A stretch of 63,852 nucleotides of DNA, counting the filler, from Choristocarpus tenellus KU-1152 (taxonomy: Eukaryota; Protista; Phaeophyceae), in NCBI GenBank assembly GCA_964200185.2. It is 10 parts of 10 records of this genome, joined end to end, with 100 filler letters (N's around TTAATTAATTAA, not from the genome) between each part and the next. Parts side by side here need not be neighbours in the genome. Positions count along the whole stretch, not along the records: positions 11,463 to 20,880 come from CAXNAD020003688.1; positions 20,981 to 28,096 come from CAXNAD020006667.1; 8 more parts are not named here. The stretch is one strand, 5' to 3'. The stretch's first letter is position 1, and each line of letters opens with the position of its first letter. Position numbers and translations under genes: made by a program. The notes below the pieces were generated by a model. The model was given only the letters and a program-made list of their open reading frames with translations, was not told the origin of the DNA and did not search any database. Shown piece by piece: positions 11,575 through 25,765 of the stretch.

Positions 11575-14500
11575 AACCTTGAGATGCCCAACCCCTTCTT
11601 TGATAAGGATGAGGCGGCGCCTGGGATCAGCCCTGCTGCGATTGGCTACCGCTACCGGAGGTTCAAGCTTGGGTGAGAAAAAAATAATATTATTTGAATA
11701 TTGTGGTGTGAATAGTTAAATGAGTTGAGTTGGTGGTTCCTTTTCTATTTGTTTGTTGTGTGTCATTGTCTGTCTGTCTGTCGAAGGAAGGCCATAGGGA
11801 TGAGAGGCTGGCTGTGGTGAAGATGAGATAGAACGATAGGTGTGATGGATGGCTCGACTTGTTTTATTTTTTTATTTTTTAGTAATCTGTTGTGGATGTT
11901 GCACATTTGTATTTGATATTGGTTTTGTATGGTAATTTCTTGGCGTTTTGTATGGTTGTAATGTAATGTGTGTGTGTGCATTAGGGTACCAAATAGTAAT
12001 AATAAAAAGTCAGCATCAGCGAGCTGGTATGACTATCTGTGACAGAAACCACTGTGGGTATGACATATTGAATATATACCGTCATCGGAATACATACATA
12101 CATACATACATACATACATACATAGATATATTTGTATTGAGGCATTTACCTTTAAAAGTCTACCAATTTCCCAGTATCTAGTTGGTGGGTATCACTGATT
12201 TGTCCTAAATATCATCTAACCTAACAAAAACAAATTCACCACATTTGGCACTGTGGTGTATATGTATGTATTGTGTATGTATTTTTTTTTGTAGGAATGA
12301 CTTCTCGATTGTGGCAAGGTGTGAGCTTCATGGAACAGCGGTCAAGCTGGGTGAGAAACAGTACATGACTGCGTATGCCCTGAATGAGTGGGACAGTAAG
12401 CTGGCTGGGGGGGTGGAGTGGCGCCAGAAGATTGACACACAGGCAAGAAGAGTTTTTTGTTTTTGAATGCTTGAGGTCGCCTTGGTCGTAAAGTTTTATG
12501 TGTGTGTTGGTTTTTTATTTGATTCTTTTGTTTGCATGTAAGGTGTGTCCAGACGCACGAGGAACCAGTGTTTTTTTGTCCTTTTTTGTGATTTGCTTTG
12601 ATGTACCAGGAGTGGATAATAAGATAGAGGGGGGGGGGGGTTGCATGTTGGGAGGTTTTCATGTGTATGGTGTGTTGATATTTGAGTGGCCTTACTAGTG
12701 AGCATTTTATATGCTCTAAAGTGTGTGGTATTATTGAAGATGTTGGTGTATTTGTGTGTATGTATGTTGGTCTTGTCTTTTTTTTTTAACCGATAGTTTA
12801 ATTCCAAGAGCGTGGGCCAATTGTATGTGGCATTGCCTGGATTATAGGTTCTGTGATTATATGTGTGTTTATTCTGTATCTGTTGAGTTTTTATAGTATT
12901 AGATTGCTTTATTGTCAATCAAAATTTAGACTGTTTTTGTTTTTCTTCAAGAAGTACCACGTCCTGGTTTTGTGTATGTTTTCATTGAATAAATTTGTAT
13001 TATGTATGTTCTTTTTTTTTCCTGGCACCTTGTTTCTTCGACTGTTATGTTTCATGCTCTCTTTTTTGTGGTGAGTTTTCTATTGAATATCTTTTGAATG
13101 CTACTTAAGGAGAGTGCTTGTATTGTACTTGTACTAGGTTGTATGTGCACTTTGTTTTGTCTATATTGGTTGCTATGTATATATATATATATTTAATAGT
13201 ACAAGGGTAGTAGTAATTGATTCATTGATACCCTCTGTTGTATGTTGTTATTCTGATTGTTGTTATTGGCAGAGGGGAGCTATTCTTGCCACAGAACTGA
13301 AGAACAACTCTGCTAAGCTGGCTAAGTGGACAGCACAGTCAATTCTCTCTGGGGCAGATCAGATGAAGATTGGGTAAGCGAATGTCCTGTTGTTATAGAA
13401 TTATTAGTTCTTTTGTCTCCAAACCCTTTCAATTGAAAGAGTGCACTGGCAGTTTCAGTTATCTATTTTGAAGAGTGTGGTGTTCATGTAACTGTAGATT
13501 TGAGTACTTATTCAGAAGGAGGTGCGTGTAGGTGTGGAGGTGAATAAGCTGTAGAAGAGAGTAGTTTTTTTTATTGCATTTTTTACTGTTCTATATTACC
13601 ATGACAAAAAGAGGGTGAATGTTTTTTGTGTGCTCTTTATATTTAAAAAAAATAAATGTGTGTACGTAATGTGACGTAGAAAGTAGTACCGTGATGCTTT
13701 TGGTTGTCTTTTAGGGTTATGGGTGTAAATCTTGTTTATTTTTCGTACTTCTGTTCTTACTTGAATAATGTATGCACATAAATGTATTATTTTTATTAAG
13801 AGTGAGATATTACGGGATGCACACAGGGGAAAAAACAGTATGGTGTGATTCATCCAATCAAAAAAGATCTGTCAGTTTTGAAACTGGGTCGGTCAAAGAC
13901 GGTGGCAGGGTTGGTTTATATTGTGGGAGAGATTTGCATTTGCTGTGTTGCCTGAATAAATTTGGTACACACTATTCACATTCTCAAGAGGAGTTCGTAC
14001 TCTGTTTCATGGTACATGTAGGAGTGTGTGTGTGTGTGTGTACCAAACCCTAACCCTATCCTCTTGTTACGTTTTTTATAATGTTGCTCGATGTAACGAT
14101 ACCTACATTTTTATTTTATTTGAAAAAAATAAAATAAAAGTTTGGTGTCAAGGGTGAGCAAGACCAATGCTTACGAGCACGTCATCCTGGGTACCCAGAG
14201 CTACAAGCCTAGGGAGTTCGCCACGCAGGTGAGGATGGACTGATTGTATCTTGGATTGTATCTCATCCGTTGGTGCCCTTCAATATTAAATTTCTAGGGG
14301 CCTTAGTTTCTGTTGTGTCTGTGTTTGTGACTACTCCATGACCTCGCCCAATATGTTGAGTGAATCTGTTTCTGAGGATTGTGGATACTCTGTAGGCATT
14401 TTTTAATGTAATTGTTTTGGGTCTTCGGGGAGGGGGGGGAGGGAGGGTTTTTGAGCATTGCCGGTATTGGCTATGATTTCTTTTTTAAGAAAAAATTGTA

Positions 14501-16239
14501 GTTGGTTTGTTCCATTGGCTGGTTGAGTTTTATTTAGTAATATTTTGGAATTGGTCGATTTGATTGGCTGGTCAAGTTTTTTGTTCGAAGGAGTGTTTTG
14601 GGGAGCTAGTGTGTTAATGGTTGATAATTGGTCTCTGCTAACTGTATCGCTCTTTTCTTTGTGGAAAATGGGAGTAAGAATTGATTGTGCACTTGTGTAT
14701 GAATGTGTATATTTAAATGTAATGTAAAGGGTCCTTATGTGGTGTTTTAATGGAGGTGAAAGAATGTGGGTTGGGGGGGGGGGGGGGGGGGGGGAGGAAG
14801 AAAGTTGTTTTCGTTGCTTTTTTATTTTTGTTGAATGTTGGATCAGAGGGCATTTAGGCGTTTTATCTTTATAAATATGTACACTTTAGACTGTTGAGGT
14901 TTAGGGTTAGGACACATCTGAAACTTTTTAGGGGTTATGGTTAGAACTTCTGCTGAATGTAGGAAATATCATATTTTGGGTGTGGGAATGGAGGACCGAT
15001 TTTGGGTGCACCAAATACTCCAATGGTGTGTATGTATATTGTTTGGGTGTTTTTCCTCCTCTAGAGTACTACATGTACTGCTCTAGAGTGTGTCAATGTG
15101 GTTGGCTGTGTGATTGAACGAATGATTGGATTAGGTCCTCATCGTGTGTACCAAAAAAGGGCTAAGGAGTGTCAAGGATCTGTGTTTAGTTAGTAATGGT
15201 ACTGATACCACCATTTTTATTGTAGGCTGGTAAGTGTTCCCTTGGTGTAGTGCATGAGTTGTTTGCTACTACTGTGCAACAAGTGTCACGTGTGTATGCA
15301 TATTTAAATCATATCATTGTCTCGGCTTGATCTGTCATCCTTTCTGTTTGCCTTTTAACAATCTATTTAATGCTTTGCGCGCGCGCGCGCATTTTTCCCC
15401 ATATTGTATGTTGCAGATCACCCTGAACATCAACAACTCATGGGGCATTATGCACATGATGCTGGAGATGTTCATGAAGCAAGAGGATGGGAAGTATGTC
15501 ATGATGAAGGTCAGCTGAGAGTGTTTTGGGAGGATGTGAACAGGGAGATGAAGTGCACTTTTTAGTTGATGTTTTTAAAAAATGAAATAGATTCTTAAGT
15601 GTTTTTTGGGATGATTGCTTGCCTCTAAAGCTCGGAATTCTATTCTTCGATTTCTTGCTGTTGGGGGGGGGGGGTTGAAGAAATTGCACTAAAAGTTTGT
15701 TTATGGGGTTTCTTTTTTTGAGAACGTATCCCGCCGATGAACTTAACAACAAACAAATATTGTGGTTAAGATGAGAATGAAAAAAGTAGACTTTTCCTTA
15801 CTGGGATTTGTTCATGGAGAGCGTGATGTCATTGGCCACCTTCTTTGCTCTCTCTGTCAGGTCCTGCAGTGTTGATTGCCTTACATCCCTTGACAGCAAC
15901 CACACATGGGGCTTACCCCTGTACCTTTTGCATCATTCGCGCGCGCATACATACACACACACACACACACACACGCTCAGATCGTACTTCGAGCTAGTAT
16001 TTGCACTTAGACACTACTTGTGGCCAAGGTGCGGGTCTGTTTTGTGCATCCACTGACCCCTAACCCTAATATACCATGGCGGCGCCTGTCTTGTTTTTTT
16101 TTATAAATAGGATCCCAACAAGCAGGTTGTTCGGGTGTACAGTGTGCCCATGAGCACGTTTGAGAGTGATGAGGATGATGATGAAGACGATGGAGAAGAG
16201 GAGGACCAGTACCGGGATGAAGATGACGACAAGAACTAG
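11575..16239 (+). CDS. EIF3D: Eukaryotic translation initiation factor 3 subunit D, 3' six exons
   Basis: Exons 11575-11672, 12295-12442, 13273-13373, 14141-14228, 15417-15509, 16111-16239 give [15 protein letters not shown]|[28 protein letters not shown]|[20 protein letters not shown]..|..[10 protein letters not shown]|[18 protein letters not shown]|[13 protein letters not shown] plus an acidic tail; hallmark eIF3d motifs. Confidence 0.97.
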
Positions 16240-18161
16240 ACCGTCACACTCTATAATAACAAAGAAATGAGTCTGCTTAAAAAAAAAAAATGAAGCAATA
16301 ATGAGTGACGAGTCCCTCACTTGCCTTTTGCACTCACCCTGTTGGTCTCTCCGTCTCAGTTGTAACACTCTTGGGTGAGATATCAAAAGGTTTAAATATA
16401 GAAATAATAATAATAATAATTTGATAGTTGCCATGGGGTTGGACATAAAAGACAGTTGGCCGGTCCTACTTGCTGAAGGCAACACGTGCGTGATTCTATT
16501 GGCTGGAGGTGAGAAGCAGGTCGTTTTGTTGGTGTGGATGCCGCTTTGTTTTTTGCCGTGTCGTATGCTACCCGTTTGATCTCATTGTTTTTATTTTCTT
16601 AGAGTCTCAACATTTCTTGAGGTGTGCATGCTCCTTCCTCTCCTGGAATGTGCTCTTGTATTTGACCCTAGTGATGCGTCCTTTTTGTGTGAAAACATCA
16701 TTGGTGCCCTGCGTGGGCTAGATCTGGTATGCAAAGAGGATCTTGCTGTGAAGTTGTTGGTGGGTAAAGGGGGGTGAGGAGCATAAACGGTGGGAGTTGG
16801 CCTTTGAAAGTTTTAATATAAATACGTAAGGCTTTTTTAGTCGAGAAGGTTTAATATAAATGAGCTTTTTAGTCTCAGGGGTGAAACGTGTGTGAACGTT
16901 TTGGTTTGGATGTGTGTCTGTGTGTCTATGTCGATTTTTGTTTCTTCCTCAGATTCCCTGTGGGCATGTTACCATGGTGTTCATGGAGCGATAAAGATGT
17001 GTGTGAGGTGTGTGTGTGTGTTTTGTTGAAGGGACTTGGGGGATTTCTTCTGGTATTGCTTTTGTTAGGGTGTGATGGATGGAGCAAGCAATTGTTATTG
17101 TGGCTTAAGCAGTGCAGGATTGTGGGGGTCAGGAAAAAGTTAAGATTGTTCGTATACATAGGTTGTGGTGGATAAGGCGGCCCCTTGCGTTTGTTTTGTG
17201 ATCTCTCAAGGGTGAAGAGTGTCTTCCTGCTATAAATATTGGTGTTAAACAAGTCTCTTGCCTCGCCATGGTAATATAGCAAGAAAGTAGTGAGTTGCAC
17301 AGTAGCATTCAGGAAGGAGATGAAGGTTGGAGGACGGTAGTATTTGGTAGCTGTGCTATTGGTTGTGTACAAGTTATGTGCTGCTTCTCATGTCACTGCC
17401 ATTAAATTGTCCTTTTTTTGTCTCCTGTACGTTGACATTGAATTTACTCTTTCGGGTAGGTACCAGTGTACCAAATACTGCATACTGTAGTAGAGATCGT
17501 CGTCAGCATTGGGGGAACGGTATGGAGCATTGAATATATTGTTGTTGGTAAGTGTTTGTATTGATGTTGTATTGCGTAACAGTACATACTGATTTCCTGA
17601 TTCCCTCAATATCTCGTTGGGGAGAATCTCCGATTTAGCCTCGACAAGTATATTCCGTCTGACATTTTTTAGATGTGTCAGAGGAAGAACAATGAAAAGC
17701 CAATTCAATATCGTACCCCTGCAAAGGTAACAGTTGGCGTAAATGTGAAAGGTGTTTTTCTATTATCATTTTACTAAGTTATGCTACACCACTCCCCTCC
17801 GATGGTTTGGTCTCAATATCGTCGACCCATATTTTTTTCGTTTTATTCTGGTAAAATATATGGTAGGTGCTATACAAGGGCAGGAGTGGTACAGGTGGGC
17901 ATTTGTCAGTTACGCACTCTAGGCTTGTTATCCCTGTTGTTGGTGGCATGTGGTTACTGCTGTGCAAGCAAAACAAGGTCCTCTCGAAAACTTCAAGTAG
18001 GACTGTTGGTGTCCTTTTGGTCAGAGGGCGTTAATTTGTACTTTGGTTGGTTTTAGATAATAGAACGATAATTTCCCCTGCATTCGGCAGTTCAAGTATT
18101 TCTGATTTGATTATTTGGAGAAGTAACTTGGCTGGGAGGGGTTGCAACAGGTGAACCAATT

Positions 18162-18402
18162 GAGCGGTAGGTAGGGGATACATTTTAAGGATCCTGAAAA
18201 AGGGCCAAAAGGTGGCACTTTGTACAACCGCAAAAAGAACCTTTGCATGATTATGGTGCCGCTCTGTGTGTGGAAAGGGGGGATATCAATTTTGCGTACA
18301 CTATTGTGCACATAGAGTACTGAAATTCGATGTAGAGTGTATTGAACGGGCTATTAAAGATGCCTTAGAGTGCAAGGAGGGGTCCAACCTGCCTAACTTC
18401 TC
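18162..18402 (+). mobile_element. MITE family C, copy 1 (GAG...CTC termini)
   Basis: Termini gagcggtaggtagg / cctgcctaacttctc; flanks aatt/aatg; interior is the reverse complement of 18817-19055. Confidence 0.75.
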
Positions 18403-18816
18403 AATGGGCTTGACTCAACTCTCTTTAATGTCCTTGGCCAGCCCTGTTAAAACGTTCGCTTTCCAATATAGGTTTTTGGGTTGGCCCTGTGAGGAGCATT
18501 TCATACTAGATTTATAGTTTTGACTCCAGAAGATCATTTGGTATTTACTATCAATTATTTTTATCGTTTCAATTCTCGTCGGTTAATTGTGATTGATCGT
18601 TTGGGTCATACATAGTGCGTGGTCAGCAATCGGCGAAGCCATGAGAACATAGACCCTTAAGCACTAATAGGTCCTCTTAGAGATGAAAAATCGTTTGTAA
18701 CTCTCTTTTTGCTTAACATCCGTCCAAAAACCTGGACCGCATTATTCCTGAATATATTAGCACTGTTTATGAGTGTTTTCTCCAGTAACTACTGCAACAT
18801 ACTCTAGAGTACAGTT

Positions 18817-19055
18817 GAGAGGTAGGTAGGCAGATTTGAACCCTTTTGCGTTCTGATCCACCTTTCGTTCTCTATGCAATACACTATTTTCAGTGCCTTA
18901 CTCCGTATATGCACAATAGTGCATGCAAAATTGATATCCCGCCACCCACAGAGTCGCGCTACAATTCAGGGAGGGCTCTTTTTACAATAATTGTACAAAA
19001 TGACAACTCTTTGCCCTTTCTCTGGATCCTTAAAATGCAACCTTGCCTACCTCTC
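18817..19055 (-). mobile_element. MITE family C, copy 2, inverted
   Basis: TIR gagaggtagg / cctacctctc; flanks agtt/ggtt. Confidence 0.75.
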
Positions 19056-20762
19056 GGTTTGACTGTGAGACAATGTATGATACAATATGCAGTATTATAC
19101 ATTACCTTCACCTGTCCTAGTGGTTGCTTCAAGCATCCCACACACTAATATTAGTATTAAAAACATAAGAATGTGTCACACTATTACTGTTGTCAACTTT
19201 CGCTTTTCTGCTTGCAGTGGTTGTGTGAAAAAGAAAGAGGCAACGAAGAGAAGGGCACACAAAATATACAAGAGATATATCTTCTTAGACTCCCTTTCCC
19301 TCAAAGAGTTTCCGCATTTCCATGGTAAACGTGTATGCTCATCGCAGGTATAAAAATAGCATCTTTGGTAGGATTGAATACGGCACGGAATCACCGAGTA
19401 ATGAATAAAAAGTTCTTGGTTATTAGTTGAATGAAAGGGTTATCCACTGTTGTTACTACTGTCCATTGAATGGCGCTTCCTGATGTATAAAATATTATGG
19501 TAATTCACTTCAGTATATAATGTGAAGGGGTATTGTGCTGTGGGCTGGCCACAGAAGGAACGTGAAAATCCTTGAGGCCCTCGACCAGACGAGGCAAAAA
19601 TCGTTCTTAAGAATGTTGGGTTGGGTTGACCCGCAGTCTGACCCTGTCAGAGATACTCCTTATGGTTATAATAAGCCCTATTTACTTCAGCCTAGGACTA
19701 GTTCAACCCATGTGGTCAGAGCGACTACCCTTTCCACTACGTCATAATGTATAAATTCAACTGCCTTTTTTTATCATTACCATAATAATTATACGGCCGT
19801 GCTGTGTAGCCCTTTCTTGCTTCCTTTGCGTTGGGTTGAGCCATCCCACTTGGTCGTCACTCCACGTCCTCCTTTGATACTTAGTTGTTGTGTCGTGCTA
19901 CACCTCGGTGCCAATCCACAGCAGCAAAGCTTTGCGAGATTGTTCGAGGCGGGTTTTCTGGGGGGGGTTGTGGTATAGCAACAGCCAGGTGTAGAATTTG
20001 TAGTGCTTGCCACGTTGAAACCAAATTTCTAGGAAAAAAAATGGTGACATACTATTGGTGGTACTGTACAGTTACGATGATTTGAACAAGCAAACACCTT
20101 CAGAATACCCGTTCATCTTTTGGACTGCTACACTTTGACCAAATCCATCCATATCAACTGACCACAACAGTATAAAACCAACTCCACGATTTAAAATGTA
20201 GCGGTATGAATTCTGGTTCCAGGGTTGATAAGATGCCTGGTTATCGATGGGTACTAAGAAGCGTTGCTATTATCGACCATGGTAGTTAAGAAGACATCAT
20301 CTTGGTGCCAGATGAAAGATTGCTATTCTCGTGTTAACCTGTATCTATATACTGCGGAAAGCATACATACACACACGTGTACTTTGAGCTCCCATTATTT
20401 TCTTGTAGGTGGTTACTGGACACAACTGCCTATCTACTAAGATTATTTCGAACATTCAAGTTCTATTTTTATTGTAAGAGCATGCAACACAGCCTGCGAC
20501 TACAAAAGTGTTGATTGGTATCCTAATCTCCTCCTTACCAGTTGTGTGCAGTTAAATGACTTGAACCTACCGTTCCCGACTCACCGAGGTACATCAACAC
20601 TCCAGTCAGCTGCCTCAAGGAGAGAGTCCGTTGCTGGGTCTGCATGACGAACAATTGTTACGTTATTTTCCACAACTGCTTGTTGTGGTCAAGCAGGTAA
20701 TACTACTATCACTTCTTCTGTTAAAACCGCTTTGAAAGGCCTAGGGCTCAAACATCGGTTAA

Positions 20763-20810
20763 GAGTGAAAGTATCTTAGAGGGTACGAGTTTTTCCCTGT
20801 TTGTCCATTT
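20763..20810 (+). mobile_element. MITE family A, terminal fragment
   Basis: gagtgaaagtatcttagagggtacgag...tttgtccattt matches the family A terminus. Confidence 0.8.
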
Positions 20811-21044
20811 AACAGGGATTTCTCAAAATTGAGGATGGTGCAGGACTATGAGGATGGTTGTTTTACGAAAACGGTCTTAANNNNNNNNNNNNNNNNNNNN
20901 NNNNNNNNNNNNNNNNNNNNNNNNTTAATTAATTAANNNNNNNNNNNNNNNNNNNNNNNNNNNNNNNNNNNNNNNNNNNNAACAAAACAAAAAAAAACAC
21001 TCCTTCTTCCCCCCCCCCCCCTCCCCTCGTACCCTCCTTTACAG

Positions 21045-21164
21045 AATCGAAACCGCGACACTGCTCTTCTAGCTGTAGTTAACAGTGACTGGAATGGTGG
21101 CTTGAAAGAGGCAATTGAACGTAGACTGGAGGGAAAGGATGGGAAGGCAAGGGCTGTAAGATGA
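21045..21164 (+). CDS. Terminal exon of a probable RimJ/RimL-type GNAT acetyltransferase
   Basis: Pyrimidine tract plus cag acceptor, then NRNRDTALLAVVNSDWNGGLKEAIERRL..*, resembling the C-terminal RNRDT.....EW motif of this family. Confidence 0.55.
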   Translation, partial: NRNRDTALLAVVNSDWNGGLKEAIERRLEGKDGKARAVR

Positions 21165-23624
21165 TAGTCTTCATGGCAGGCTAGGTGCTAACTGTTATAC
21201 GTCCTGTGTGGGACCTGCGCCTCTCTCAAGCATCCCTTTAAAGCATTCCTCTTTGGCACAGATAGTACTCCAAATGTGAGTACGGACTATTGTTAATACC
21301 GTCGGAAGAGTTCATGTCTCATTAGTGAGGGTGAGGGAAGTCAGGGAACATAGCACATTGAGGCAGGGTATCTTCATCTAACATAGAACAAGCATTGTGA
21401 CCTACACACAAGACATAAACTGGACGTGTTGATTTGTTGCTTGAACCCAAGTAAGACACGGCATCAAAGCTGTGACCCTTTGCATTTTGAAGCTGATGCC
21501 TGCACGTTTCTTGGAAGTTCGATTGATCCAGGTCCCATGCTCCCACCCTGCTGAGGTTGAAGACCACTTGGAAACGCCTCTCATGAATCATGGTCGAAGA
21601 TATCTCAACACACAATTGTACACTTTTCTAAAGTACCGACCGCATTTATGTGCAGTATCATACTTCACAAGTACATCCTAAAAATATTGAACCAAACCTT
21701 AACCCCAACCAAAATAAAAACAAAATCCATACTTCTAGTATGTAGTGTCCAGGTTACCGTTGAATCGAGTCTCATAACGGCGACTGCACCGCCAGTGCTA
21801 ACAATGCTACGCATCTGACGCAACCATACTGACAAGATTGGGGCTCCCATCTCTCCAAGCAAACTGGCCAAAGTAGAATGGCAAAAGAAGACAACAGCAC
21901 ATGCCCTGAAACCCTTGAGTGCAAAATGCGTGTAACTGCCTCAAGTCCTAGCCAGCATATGTCAACAAATTGCCAGGAATATTGAAACAGCAGGGGTGTC
22001 TACCAATTGAAATCACCCAAGAGAACTTGATGTATGTGTACAAAACTTGTAGTGCTCCTTATTTATTAATCTTTTTGAGTGTATGAGTCCTATACCAAGT
22101 AATGAAATATGCTTACTCCACATTGACCTTATTCCAAGTGCTGCTCATTCTTGAGTCAATACTGAACCGTACATCTGATAATCAAGCCCTGATCCCTATC
22201 TCTCGCTCCATACAAAAATCCGCCAAAACATTTATGTCTATAAAACACCTTGCTGCATAGGAGCCATGCACAGAACACACTACCCATGCAATCACGACTA
22301 CAGCACACATAATTATTTTTTTTAGAAAGGGGTACATACGTACTGCCAAACATCAAAGAACATATAGCAGCGCTTATACAGCTCTGCGCATCACCAGACA
22401 GAAAAGTCAGACAGGCAAGCAAGATGAGGCTGAGAAGCAAACAGACACTACAAAGAAAAAGAGCAAGGTCAACCACCGTTCAGCAAGCATACAGTTGACA
22501 TTCAAAATTCCAACACAAAGGTGACACGTACACATGAAAACAAGCCGATTCTGCACTGAGCATCTACCATCCCCCCCCACAGTACATTCAAGACCAGCAA
22601 GTTGTAAATTGTGTACGTGGTGGCTCATCAAAAATAACCAACATTTTTTCCCTCTGCAGTGTAAGTCTGGATCCACACTGCAGAGGCTGCTTCCAAGCAA
22701 TTACTCTGTGAGTAAAAAACTCTAAACGCGGCATACGTTGCATCCAAACAACCACCCACATAGCATAGCCAACATGACACAAGACTCAAGGAGTGGGTAT
22801 GTACTCTACACACAATCAACATCAATTCAACTCCTTCACAACTAGGTAGTAGGTACAACTACTGTATATAAAACACAAAAAACATACTCCACAGTGACTT
22901 TCCCAAGGTAAATTGTCAACATCACATCAGAGGAGCAGAGGACAAAACTTTGCAGGGCCAACTGGGAAGGGAAGATTTATCCACTTGGTTCGCCTGAAAC
23001 CAGGAAGAGCACCACTCTCCCCTAGCTCTCTTGCCATCACTGCATGTGATATTTTTCACAGTATGGAAAAGCACCTGTCAAAACAGTAGCAGAAGCTGCA
23101 CCTTTCCATTTGACATGCCTATCAATGTGTAGAAACCTCAACCATACCCCTCCTCCCATTCTTGACCATACCTGCACATGCTCCAGCAGCTGGAAGTAAA
23201 GCATGAGGGACATGCAGAGAGCAATATGATTTATCCGAACCATTCACAAATTTGCCCTGCCAAACATATCCTTCTTAAAGAGTTTCCTCCTCAGTGCAAC
23301 CCCCAAATGTGCTGAAAAGAAAGGCGTATCTGATCATGAAATGCTGTCCAAGTCTGAATCATTGTTTCACTTTATTGTCCGTAAAACAAGCAGACAAATG
23401 CCCATCCCCCTCCCATCAACCAGAGCACAGAGAAAAACAAAATCAACAAAAAAAACGCCATGCTGCTAAATTTTCCAGATCCCACTAACATAAAGTGACA
23501 ATAATAGCACGAATAAATCCAATCCCCACTCCTTAAAAGACAGAAACACCTTCGCACTTGCAGCGTGTCATAGACAAATGGATTAAGAATAAACCTAAGT
23601 TTTGGATTCAGGTCACATGATAAA

Positions 23625-25765
23625 TCATCGCCGTCTCCACCATGATGAGCCACCTGCGCTGAGCCTTCGGCCAAAGCTCAGCTTCCGGTGTTCCACACCC
23701 CCCTCAACTCCACCTGTTGAGGTCAGACGATGTCCTTTCCTACTTTTTCCCCCCTTCCCCTCTCTCTCCTCCATCCAGGGCAACGAGAGAGACCTTTGAA
23801 GCTTACGATTACTTGACTTCTGAGTGGAAACTGTTGCAGTGACAGAGGAGGCCGCAAGCTGATTCAGAGCAGAAGCAAGCAAAGCACACACCTCTACCTG
23901 GGCTTTCTCAGGCACATCCTCTCGGAAGTGTTGACCAGGGAGCAAGCCCCGAGAATCTCGAATATCCAATCGTGCTTCCACCTCTGGCCGAGTCAGGCGT
24001 TTCACTGCTATTACATGACCACTTGAACAAGCCAGGTGAAGCTACCAACAGGGGGTAGACAGTGGTGCCGGGGAGGGGAGGGCAAAAAATATTGGAAGGC
24101 ATGTGGAGAGTCATGACAAGATTGAATTGCAGAGGGGACAATATATAAACAGAAATAAGTACATCGATTTGATAGATAAATGTGGCCATGAGTCAAAATT
24201 ATTGAAAGCTGCCCTAATGATCAATACTGAGGATTCCTTCACCTTCTTTCCTTGGTCAGAGTGTGAAATATTGTAAATGCCGCCAACTTAAAGTGTATAT
24301 ACTACCAAAAAAAAGTGAGCATCAAAGAAGGAAATCTATCAGTTATTCTCATAGTTGCATAGTCAGACATTAGAAAAAAAGCTGTATATTCCGGATGTGC
24401 AGTTGTAACTTTTTCTGAAGGCACAAATGGGTTCCTTCCCAACACAGAGAATAACTATACAACTTCAAGACTATGTACAAAAAGGGGCAAAAGTCTAGGT
24501 TATAGCCTGGATCTGTGTAAGCATCCACTCCCTACATTGCAGGTGTGAGAGGATGAAGGGTAGTCGATGTATCAGTACAATTACTCACTGGAGTCCGAAG
24601 GTCAACATCCTGGGTGTTCACATCAGCTCCTCTCTGCAGGAAGAACCGAATGAGGTCCACATTTCCCGTCGCAGAGGCAAGGTGCAACGGGGTTCTAGGA
24701 AAGTGGGAAAACATACACAACAAAGGTATACAATTGAAGCAGATCGTGAGTGGACGTCGGATGTTGCAACTCAGGTGTGACAAGCCCTATTTTCTGCCGG
24801 GTTCATCGTAGGGTGGCACCGGTTGGAGCTGATCAATGGAAACGGAAAGTTTGTCGAAGAAGGAAGTGTTGAAAGGAGATCGGCGAGGTGATGTTACAAC
24901 ATTACTCATACTTCCTCCCTTGCAGAATGAGTGAGATGGTATGCCTGCTGCAAAAGGAGTAGGTAATTCGATCAGAGGTTGTCGCTACATGACTGCTCGA
25001 TATACATCATTTCGCATAGAACTAGAGTAGCCGTCAAACGATGGGTGTCAAATGATGACAAGAGGGGCCTCATGCGTAAAGGACTAGCATCGATAGGACT
25101 TACCTTTGCCAATAGTCCTTGCAGTTCACATTTGCACCCTTATTATCCACCAGAAACCTCACCGCCTTGACCACCATACCCCCCATCCCTCGTGCTGCGA
25201 TTAAGGACGACTGGTCCTTGTTCAAAACAATTTCTCCTCGCAAAACCGCGAGACACAGTATCCTATCAGGGCTCTCGAGTAGAGCTGCATCTGGTTCAGG
25301 CGCTTGGACCAGCGCTCCTGCATAGCGCCCTTCTTCCTCTTGCTCATCACTCCGCATATCGGTTATAATGAAGTTGGAAAAATGAGGGGTAAGGGTGCCC
25401 TCCCCACAACTAAACCCTGTCTTTTGAATGGCTTCGACCCATTCCTCAACCACCGGCGAGTGTAGTGTACTGTCCGATCTCCTTCCACTGTTTGCCCTAT
25501 CATCTCTTTGCCCTCTTGCGACAGGTTCACTACTCCGGGACGTTTCAGGAGTGGAAACAAAGGTCGTAGAATCCGTCACTGCGGAGATATTGACTTCCTT
25601 CAGGCCTGAGAGGGGGGGGTGCACAACTGCAGTTTCCAACTTCGGGGGAGAGGAGGGACCGTGCGATAGGAATGATGCTTCAGACGTACAGAGAGGATTA
25701 TGTACGATCGAGGTATTTCCATGGGATGTTAGAAACAGTATTGTGTTTGAACCATAGTCAGACAT
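23625..25765 (-). CDS. Ankyrin-repeat protein, at least 3 exons
   Basis: Exons 25765(?)-25104, 24694-24589, 24041-23625(?) splice to AVRFLVDNKGANVNCKDYWQR|TPLHLASATGNVDLIRFFLQRGADVNTQDVDLRTP|LHLACSSGHVIAVKRL; start and 3' end uncertain. Confidence 0.85.
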
